Positions 56,829 to 64,000 of a stretch of DNA of 64,000 bases are shown here, piece after piece. The stretch lies in the IMG/VR virus record IMGVR_UViG_3300032285_004186; one strand, given 5' to 3'. Under the pieces are notes generated by a model that saw only the letters and a program-made list of their open reading frames with translations, did no database searches and was not told the origin of the DNA. Each line of letters starts with the position of its first letter. Within the stretch, counting starts at the first letter, position 1. A program made the position numbers and the translations under genes. Source of the DNA: a virus.

Positions 56829-57951
56829 GTTCTTCTTCAGAAGTATCTTCTTCTAAGTCTGTAACTTCAACACTCTCTTTGCGGTATTTAAGCTGTTCTT
56901 GCAAACATTTTTCAATCTCCGGAAGAATTTTATTCCAAGTTTCTTCGTCTTTTCGCCAGGTCTTGTAATAACCTAGTTTAGTACCGTCTTTAAGAGAATA
57001 AGTTGCTCCGTTTTGAACCACTACCCCATATCCCAAGGCCATTTCTAATAACCCAGAATATTTTGCTAGACCGTCTCTAAAATTGAGATACATTTCTGTT
57101 TCAAGAAATGGTGGAACAATGCGATTTTTAATAGTTAGTGCTCTAAGAGTTACTCCATTAACATCTTTAGCCATAGGAATAATTTCATCAGATGCTTCTT
57201 TGCTTTGATTGGTGCCAGTGGTTCTTTCATTCTTAACTGCCATTTGAACCAAAACAGAAGACATATACAACGGACCAGAACCTCCAGATTGTTGCTTTAC
57301 AACACCTGGAAACATTTCTGTAGGATTTGTATAAATATGATTACTAAACACAATAGGAACATCTGCTTTTGCTGCTTTATGAGTTAATACACGAAGCATG
57401 CTCTTTAATCCTTTGGCTCGAGCACCCATATCCATAGCTTCTTTGCCGGCTGTAACATCTGCCATTTCTTTTGTTGAAACCAAATTGCCTAAAGAATCAA
57501 TAGAAATAATAAATTGACTTTTAAGCTTCTTTTCAATGACTGTATCTAAAAATTGACTTACTTGATTGCGACATTGTTCTACGGTTTCTACGGGACAATA
57601 TTTTACTTTAGACGGATCCATACCCATATTAGTAGCAGATTGTGCATCTACAGCATTTTCCGTATCAAAGACAACAACATATCGACCTTGCTTTTGTGCA
57701 TTAGCTAAGATCTTGTTAATGATGTAAGTCTTACCACAACTAGTAGGACCACTAAAGCCAATGATGCGACCACTAGGAATTCCTTTATACAAAGAACCAC
57801 CAATGATAGCATTTAAAGCCATTGAACCAGTGTCTATAAAACTACTAACATTAGACAATGTATTATTATCTAAAAAAGAAGCTTCTGGATTCAGAGAATC
57901 TAAAACTTTAAAAGCAGACATTACATCTGCTGGATAATCTTTTTTGGACAT
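56821..57951 (-). CDS. uvsX: RecA-like recombinase (UvsX)
   Basis: IDTGSMALN, GIPSGRI, GPTSCGKT, FDTENA, IDSLGNL, SNH, SGGSG, KNR. Confidence 0.92.
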   Translation of the reverse strand: MSKKDYPADVMSAFKVLDSLNPEASFLDNNTLSNVSSFIDTGSMALNAIIGGSLYKGIPSGRIIGFSGPTSCGKTYIINKILANAQKQGRYVVVFDTENAVDAQSATNMGMDPSKVKYCPVETVEQCRNQVSQFLDTVIEKKLKSQFIISIDSLGNLVSTKEMADVTAGKEAMDMGARAKGLKSMLRVLTHKAAKADVPIVFSNHIYTNPTEMFPGVVKQQSGGSGPLYMSSVLVQMAVKNERTTGTNQSKEASDEIIPMAKDVNGVTLRALTIKNRIVPPFLETEMYLNFRDGLAKYSGLLEMALGYGVVVQNGATYSLKDGTKLGYYKTWRKDEETWNKILPEIEKCLQEQLKYRKESVEVTDLEEDTSEEEHD

Positions 57952-57957
57952 ATATTT

Positions 57958-58353
57958 TTATTCGTCAAACAAATTAACTACAGTGTTATTGGTTTGTTGA
58001 TTAGGTGCCGGTTGCTGTTGGGGAATTTCACCAGGTGAAACAAAGGCATTGTTTTTATTAAACAATTGAGCATATTGAGCCAATAACCTGAAATCAACTG
58101 CCGAAATATTTGTTTTAACAATACTACTATTTTGATAGGTAAAGGAAACATCTTCAGCTTTGTCTGCCAAGAATTCTCTGAAAAAAAGAGGATATAGTTG
58201 AACTGTCATTCGGCCTCCTTCTACCGGAACTACATTTAAAATAACTGGATTTACTACAGTTGTGGTTTGTTCATTCTCATTTAAAAGTTCTCCGAGAATA
58301 GTTCTGCCTACTGTGTCTAAAAAGACAATGGTTTTTTTGTTTTCTTCACTCAT
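57958..58353 (-). CDS. Hypothetical protein (Sm-like fold possible)
   Basis: IVFLDTVGRTILGEL...VVNPVIL beta pattern. Confidence 0.55.
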   Translation of the reverse strand: MSEENKKTIVFLDTVGRTILGELLNENEQTTTVVNPVILNVVPVEGGRMTVQLYPLFFREFLADKAEDVSFTYQNSSIVKTNISAVDFRLLAQYAQLFNKNNAFVSPGEIPQQQPAPNQQTNNTVVNLFDE

Positions 58354-58390
58354 ATGATTTATTATATTGTTAAATTTTTATATTGCTAGT

Positions 58391-59065
58391 TTATTCGATG
58401 TTTTGTTTGTTGATAAAATTTAAAGCCTCAGAACATGCCGGAAACAATTCACAAAAACTTTTCTTAATGTTGTCCGCTATGTCCCTGTGTTCCAGTTGAG
58501 TATCCTTTTTACATCTTAATTGTAGATAATGTATCCAGGATCTTATGTTTCCTGTCATATATAAAGTTGTCTGCACACAAAGAGGAAGAACCTTGCGAGC
58601 ACTTTCTCGGGCTCCTCCTTTGGAGATAATATATTCATACAATTCTATTCCACCTGTGACATGGTCTACAATTTTTTTAATGTCTTCTGGCTCCAAAGGC
58701 AAAATCTCTTCACTGGACTGCCTATTTTTTTCTGCTTGTTTTCTTACATCAAAGGATTCTAATCCAGTCACCACACTATATCGTTGACTAAATTCTTGAA
58801 AAGAAAAAGATTTATGTCGCAAAATTTGTGCAGATATGTCTCTGCTGGTTTGAATTTCTACAGTCATAGAAGCTTGTTCGAAAATAGACCAATGTTCGTG
58901 TTCTATACAGTATTTTATTAATTTAGAAGATGTATCTAAATTTAATTGATTAGATGGATTAGACACCCTAGCACAATAAACTATAAATTCTTCTGCTGAT
59001 AAAAATCTGGTATTATCTTCAGATCTTATATAAGGTTGTGTAATGGCTACTACTTTTGTTTGCAT
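58391..59065 (-). CDS. thyX: Flavin-dependent thymidylate synthase
   Basis: CARVS, HWSIFE, SRDISAQILRHKSFSFQEFSQRY, ARKVLP, GNIRSWIHY, QLEHR. Confidence 0.95.
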   Translation of the reverse strand: MQTKVVAITQPYIRSEDNTRFLSAEEFIVYCARVSNPSNQLNLDTSSKLIKYCIEHEHWSIFEQASMTVEIQTSRDISAQILRHKSFSFQEFSQRYSVVTGLESFDVRKQAEKNRQSSEEILPLEPEDIKKIVDHVTGGIELYEYIISKGGARESARKVLPLCVQTTLYMTGNIRSWIHYLQLRCKKDTQLEHRDIADNIKKSFCELFPACSEALNFINKQNIE

Positions 59066-59847
59066 AAGTCTTTAAAAATTTTAATATTGTCTTTTATAAT
59101 TTCTATTTGATCATCTGTGACTGGTTCATCAAAAATATCTATCATCTTTTGAGGAATTTTATCTTGTAAATTTTTATCAAATTGATAGGATTTTTTATAA
59201 AAACCTGACAAGACTGGATGAGAAGTATCTATACTTTCTATAAAAGAAAGTTGATTGTCTCTGTACCAACTAAATTCTAAAGGAATTCCACAACCTAATA
59301 AATGATGAGGTTTATTCTGATTAATAATTCCTTTATCCAACAAATATCTAACCAAAGATATTCGCCCGTCACTAAAAGATTTTGCTTTAGATTGAATATC
59401 TTCTCTCCAATTTCTCAAATAAAAATCATAACCAAAGCTTATTGCTATTTTATCTGCTCTTTCATTCATGAAGTGGTAAGCCTTTTCAAAATCTTCATGA
59501 CATTTGCCTTGTAAAACACCAATTTTCTTACCAGTTAACACTGATAAATCAAAATCTTTGTTAAATTTTTCATAAGAAGCCAGATTTTCTTCACAATTTT
59601 GCCAAACATCTGGCACAATATACTCATCTGGTTGGATTCTTAAGAGCCATTTGTAGTATTTTTCAAAATTAAATGCCTCTCCCAGCTCAAATAAGCTGCA
59701 GTCCATGATAATTTTGCGATCATTGTGCTCAAAAAAATCCAAATAACTCTTTGATTCTTCTAATAAATGTACCAAACAGTAGTCATAATCTGTCACGGAC
59801 TGCACCAAATCCATAATTTCCATAGGGGCTTCGTGGGCTATTTGCAT
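59050..59847 (-). CDS. tRNA-guanine transglycosylase-fold protein (putative DpdA-like DNA 7-deazaguanine inserter)
   Basis: IMDCSLFE, IVPDVW, IGVLQG, KIAIS, PHHLLGCG and SIDTSHP match the TGT motifs DSGGFQ, GIVQG, AIGG, YLMGVG/HLLG and FD. Likely ATG at 59847. Confidence 0.7.
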   Translation of the reverse strand: MQIAHEAPMEIMDLVQSVTDYDYCLVHLLEESKSYLDFFEHNDRKIIMDCSLFELGEAFNFEKYYKWLLRIQPDEYIVPDVWQNCEENLASYEKFNKDFDLSVLTGKKIGVLQGKCHEDFEKAYHFMNERADKIAISFGYDFYLRNWREDIQSKAKSFSDGRISLVRYLLDKGIINQNKPHHLLGCGIPLEFSWYRDNQLSFIESIDTSHPVLSGFYKKSYQFDKNLQDKIPQKMIDIFDEPVTDDQIEIIKDNIKIFKDLCKQK

Positions 59848-59864
59848 ATTTTTATATAATAACA

Positions 59865-62207
59865 TTATACTCCAAACAAATCAAACAAATCTGTCTGCAC
59901 TTCTTTGCCAGTTTGAGGCAATCTCCACCCGATACAATCATAAAAACGTTCTAACGGCGGTGAAACAATCTTGTCAAACATGGTTTGATAGTCTGGTTTG
60001 ACGTGTTCTAAGAGTTCTGGTGGGTACTTTTCCATAAAAGCCATACTTTTAAAATTAAAAGCATTCTTACCTGTATAGAAATACTTTAATTTCATAGCAC
60101 TGCCAATGGATTCATATATGTGATCTAATTTAAAATGCTTAAGAAGCTTGTTAAAATGAATAGCACTGCGTGCCTGGAGAGTGGTTCCTTTGCCTATTTG
60201 ACCAAATTGATCTATCTTGGCTTCATATTTTTCATAATCTGAAATTTTGGTTCTAATTGAAATCTCTTCTACTGGCATATTGCAAAAATCTTCATGAGCT
60301 TTCTTAAAAATAGCATCTGCTTTCTTTTTATCTTGTGCTAACATAGCAAATTCAATAACACTTTTGATTAATTCCTTCACCTCCTTTGAAATAGTGGAGC
60401 GAGCTATCTCAACACCTACATATTTAAAAGGTTTCTTAGGAGTCTTACCTTCTTGATCTATAACATGCAGTATATATCTCTTCTTTTGATCAAACAAAGC
60501 CACATCACAAATAGTTTCTTGTTTGAAAACAAACCGAGCATCTGTAGATTTGAGTTCTTTTTTAGCCCAAACAATAATTTGTTCATTTAAATACTTGTCA
60601 ATTTCCTGGATAACTTGACGCGCTTCTGGTGTAATCTTGTTATCTTTGAGTAATTGAAGATTTAAGACCTTTAAAATAGGCTCCACTGAGAAATATGCCG
60701 AGTCGGTATCTCCATATCTATACAATTCTTCCTTCTTGCCTACAAAACCTCGCTGACGAGCATAATCTAATACAATTTCTGGTGCCTGTTTAGCCACTGT
60801 CTGGCCGGTTAAAGTAATACTGGCTGAGTGGTCAATGTCAAATAATGGTGAATACTTCTGAGCAAATACACCATAAATGGAATTTAAGATTAATTTGAAT
60901 ACATTTTGTTGAGTATCCAGGTTAAGGATGTCACCTTCTATCTTAATTTTCTCTTCTGGGTCTGTGATTGTTTCTGCTTTATCTATCAATTTAGACATTT
61001 CTTTTTTAGTTTGTACACGTTCTGCATACAATCTATCAATCAGCGCCGGCACAACACCTCGAAACTTCTGTGTATATAAAACATTATACTTTGAAATAGA
61101 TAATTCCTCTTTTTGTATTAGTCTATTAAACTTTTCTCCTGATAAAGTTACTAATTTTTCATTGGCTAATTTAATAGTGTATTCATTGTTTTGAATTTCT
61201 AAAATTTTTCCTATTTTGGTCTCCGGGGAAATGTTTAAAGTGATGATTGTATTTGGATATAGGCTGTTTGCATCATAGCTCACTACAGATTTACACAAAC
61301 CTCTCTCCGGGTCATGCACATAACCGCCTACATATTCGTCTCGAATACCATCATTCTTGAAAGTAGGTATACGATATCCTTGTAAAAGAGCTTGATGTGC
61401 TACTGCTCCGGTAATCATAGACACTTTTCCGAGAGATTGTTCAAATGGAATGAAGCCTTTATAGGACAAAGCTCTGATCAATTTAAGATATTTGAGCTTG
61501 TTTTCCATTTTAGCAAGCAATCTAACGTCTTGAATGTTATATTCTACGAATAAATCCCAGTCTGATTCTGATAATGACGCTAGATTGGTGCCACCGGTGT
61601 CTGTTTTGCCTTCTTGTAGCTCATATTCAGCGATATAATTCAAAGAATAAGACTCTCTATCTCCTCGTGCAAAGGTTTTATACACCTCCATGTAATCAAT
61701 ATTACTAACTCCACGTATATACCAGCGATCAATCATCTTGCCCATCTTATTCATAGCTACATTTTCTCTGTAGTAGATAGCTCTTACTGGTGAAAGCCTG
61801 GATGCTTCATCTTCTCCAAGGAGTTTGTACATACGATTCATTACATAGGGTACATCAAAGCCTTCTGTATTCCAACCCACCATGATATCTGGAGGGTCTT
61901 TCTCCCAGAAACTCAAAACTGATTGCAACAATTCTGTTTCTTTCTTGCAATGTGTATAAACAATATTATCTTGTCGAGGCTTGAAAGGTTTTAAACCCCA
62001 AGAATAAAATTTTTGAGAGATAGAATCAAAGATTGTTATCAAATTGATAGGATCTTTGGCTTGTTTGGGTTCTGGAAATTCACCTTGCTGACTATAACAA
62101 GAGTTAAAATAGGATGTCCAACATTGTTTGTCTTCATCCCACACCTCATAGTCTTCAAACATGTTACTATTGCGAAATTCTCCTAGTGTTATTGTTGATT
62201 CATCCAT
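59865..62207 (-). CDS. DNA polymerase family B (gp43-like), large C-terminal fragment
   Basis: ExoII GWNTEGFDVPY, ExoIII YNIQDV, YDANSLYP, KLILNSIYG, YGDTDS; lacks ExoI. Confidence 0.95.
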   Translation of the reverse strand: MDESTITLGEFRNSNMFEDYEVWDEDKQCWTSYFNSCYSQQGEFPEPKQAKDPINLITIFDSISQKFYSWGLKPFKPRQDNIVYTHCKKETELLQSVLSFWEKDPPDIMVGWNTEGFDVPYVMNRMYKLLGEDEASRLSPVRAIYYRENVAMNKMGKMIDRWYIRGVSNIDYMEVYKTFARGDRESYSLNYIAEYELQEGKTDTGGTNLASLSESDWDLFVEYNIQDVRLLAKMENKLKYLKLIRALSYKGFIPFEQSLGKVSMITGAVAHQALLQGYRIPTFKNDGIRDEYVGGYVHDPERGLCKSVVSYDANSLYPNTIITLNISPETKIGKILEIQNNEYTIKLANEKLVTLSGEKFNRLIQKEELSISKYNVLYTQKFRGVVPALIDRLYAERVQTKKEMSKLIDKAETITDPEEKIKIEGDILNLDTQQNVFKLILNSIYGVFAQKYSPLFDIDHSASITLTGQTVAKQAPEIVLDYARQRGFVGKKEELYRYGDTDSAYFSVEPILKVLNLQLLKDNKITPEARQVIQEIDKYLNEQIIVWAKKELKSTDARFVFKQETICDVALFDQKKRYILHVIDQEGKTPKKPFKYVGVEIARSTISKEVKELIKSVIEFAMLAQDKKKADAIFKKAHEDFCNMPVEEISIRTKISDYEKYEAKIDQFGQIGKGTTLQARSAIHFNKLLKHFKLDHIYESIGSAMKLKYFYTGKNAFNFKSMAFMEKYPPELLEHVKPDYQTMFDKIVSPPLERFYDCIGWRLPQTGKEVQTDLFDLFGV

Positions 62208-62220
62208 ATATTGCGCAAGT

Positions 62221-62619
62221 TTAAGATTTTTTTCTTATTTTAATTTTATGATCATCCTTATATCGCATGCCGTATGTTTCAATGTCCCAAAAGAATATCT
62301 TTAGAGGATTCTCTAATGCCTCAGGTTTATGTATTTCATCTCTAAAAGAAGAGAGAAGAAACTCCTGCTCGCAACTTAAATTGTGAAACAATCTCTTGAT
62401 AGGAGTTTCGTTAACAAATTTGTTTCGTTCAAATTGATTTTTAAACTTAACTTTCTTTAAAGGTGTATTAAAGATAGATAATGCGTCTGCACCATAAGCG
62501 GATTCTACAAATAAATGCGGTTCGTAGCTAGATTCTAATTTGATTCTCTTTCCGTTTTTGTCCCATGTCCAGAGATGAATACATTGTTTAGCAGAATCAT
62601 AAAAGACATTTCGATACAT
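62221..62619 (-). CDS. DNA polymerase family B, N-terminal fragment (N-terminal domain + ExoI motif)
   Basis: MYRNV...YEPHLFVE...KIFFWDIETY followed by a 16-aa basic tail. Confidence 0.88.
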   Translation of the reverse strand: MYRNVFYDSAKQCIHLWTWDKNGKRIKLESSYEPHLFVESAYGADALSIFNTPLKKVKFKNQFERNKFVNETPIKRLFHNLSCEQEFLLSSFRDEIHKPEALENPLKIFFWDIETYGMRYKDDHKIKIRKKS

Positions 62620-62621
62620 GC

Positions 62622-63938
62622 TTATATTTTCTGATCTAAATTGAGGGAAATCAAGTTTGAACTTTTTAAATTTCGTTCTTTAGATCCCCAATTTGTAAAA
62701 TACATGGCCTCATATTCGTCTAAATGATCTTCTAACCACAATTTGTCCGTAAAATGATGAATATTTTTAGACAATTTCATGTAGCTATCAAAATCTGAAG
62801 TAATGTATTCTAATTGATTTATTAAATCTTTGCCGGATTTAAATTTTAACTCAGCTTCTTTATAGGTACACATGTCTTGGAATACACCCGGCATACCAAA
62901 TGCTCCAGATTCTACAATTTTAATGTTGCTCTTAGATCTGTTAAATACATTGTCCTGCAGTGGAGCAAAGGATGCTACACAATTTGCATCATATATAGCC
63001 TTGGGTAGGTCATATAAAGGAGACCATGGTAAAAATTCCATTTCACCATTATCTATAAAAGGTTTAACGGAAAGTGGAAAGGTACCTTTCCATACAAATT
63101 TAAATTTTTTACGAGCTTTAATGATTTCATCTACTACATGTGCAAAATCATCATTTAAACCGGTTCGATTTGCTACATCTATATGTGTTCCAGAACCTGC
63201 ATAGAGAATTCTTGGTCTCTTTTTATATTGATCATATAATTTTGCTATTCTATCTGGGTGATAGTAATGACCAAGCCATTGTTTAGGAGCATAATTAGGA
63301 ATTACTGTCACTTTTTTGTTTCCAGTTTTATCAATATAATAATCTTTCATATATTGACAGGTGACAGTCATTTCATCCATTAGTTCCATGATTTCTAAAA
63401 TGGTATTTTCTACCTCTGAAGAAGCAAAGGCATCTTTACATCTATTATAATCTGGAATATCATTTCTAAAAACAATATCATCTATTTCATAAACTAATTT
63501 ATAACCTATTTGATTTTTATGTTTATGTAATTCTTGTATAAATGTTTTTTGAACCGGAGTGGCTTGTCTTTGCATTCTTACACATTTAATATTTTGATAA
63601 AAACGCAAATCCAAAACCATGCTAGTTAATCCAGATATACATGCTTTTTGATAAGCATTTAAAGTAATTTCTGGCCAAATCATTCTCCAAAATCCACATC
63701 CACCATAATCTGCATAATAATTTAAAGCTCTTGGTAAAAGAGCTTCTTGCATCACAACTGGAGGAGCAGCTGGTACGTGAACTGGTTTATAAGAAACATA
63801 AACTTTTTTTGGTAAAAATTCTTGATACGAACCTGGTGGTAAATGTGGGATAGATAATTCAGTAGGAGAATATTCATAAACCACTTTATTACTCAAGTCT
63901 ATCGAAGAATTGTCTGAGTTTTTTAATTTTAAAGCCAT
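62622..63938 (-). CDS. GT-B fold glycosyltransferase
   Basis: GGCGFWRMIWP, VYEIDD, VIPNY, ILYAGSGTH, APLQDNVFNRSKSNIKIVE. Confidence 0.8.
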   Translation of the reverse strand: MALKLKNSDNSSIDLSNKVVYEYSPTELSIPHLPPGSYQEFLPKKVYVSYKPVHVPAAPPVVMQEALLPRALNYYADYGGCGFWRMIWPEITLNAYQKACISGLTSMVLDLRFYQNIKCVRMQRQATPVQKTFIQELHKHKNQIGYKLVYEIDDIVFRNDIPDYNRCKDAFASSEVENTILEIMELMDEMTVTCQYMKDYYIDKTGNKKVTVIPNYAPKQWLGHYYHPDRIAKLYDQYKKRPRILYAGSGTHIDVANRTGLNDDFAHVVDEIIKARKKFKFVWKGTFPLSVKPFIDNGEMEFLPWSPLYDLPKAIYDANCVASFAPLQDNVFNRSKSNIKIVESGAFGMPGVFQDMCTYKEAELKFKSGKDLINQLEYITSDFDSYMKLSKNIHHFTDKLWLEDHLDEYEAMYFTNWGSKERNLKSSNLISLNLDQKI

Positions 63939-64000
63939 TGAAATAAATAGAAAATAAATTTAAAAAGCACTATACTCGAAGAGCTTTATCCCATACCATT

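Noticed and set aside
62094-62271. Canonical split intein, group I intron or gene-60-type ribosomal bypass in PolB
   Set aside because: Too short and lacking the catalytic blocks of an intein; no intron core structure; no matched take-off/landing codon pair with a hairpin was evident. Kept only as an atypical finding.
13104-63204. Numerous short antisense ORFs inside long genes (e.g. 13914-14297, 53076-53579, 62872-63204)
   Set aside because: Fully nested opposite well-supported genes, with no motifs or expression signals.
1-64000. Stop-codon reassignment as in some large phages
   Set aside because: Code 11 gives full-length conserved genes and dense packing; TAA, TAG and TGA all end genes.

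Overview
This is a 64 kb segment of an AT-rich, large T4-like (myovirus) phage genome read in standard code 11. The host is probably diderm, since there is a spanin-like lipoprotein. Positions 1-7 kb hold fibre/adhesin genes (21-aa LRR + LamG, G-X-Q collagen) interleaved with glycosyltransferases and a sulfotransferase. A complete phage tmRNA with a very long 33-codon tag lies at 7003-7429. Positions 7.4-28.6 kb are an accessory region: lysis cassette, a three-domain nucleotidyltransferase/ligase-like protein, hpt, HNH, dCMP deaminase, nrdAB, phoH, a neck protein and many small putative head-internal proteins. Positions 28.7-47 kb (+) are the tail/baseplate module with the large terminase. Positions 47-64 kb (-) are the replication module (clamp, gp32, gp41, UvsX, ThyX, split PolB), which also carries FolE2, QueD and a TGT/DpdA-fold protein. 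The most interesting observations are: (1) PolB split right after the ExoI motif, with short oppositely charged, intein-like extensions too small to be an intein; (2) a probable 7-deazaguanine DNA-modification pathway using FolE2 and a divergent TGT-fold enzyme; (3) a probably virion-packaged NTase/ligase-like/HIGH-NTase polyprotein among proteins with capsid-targeting-like leaders; (4) the long-tag tmRNA; (5) LRR repeats whose variable codons follow an AAY pattern reminiscent of diversity-generating retroelements (DGRs); (6) gene-by-gene promoters placed for leaderless mRNAs. All protein family calls come from motif recognition by eye, not from database searches.
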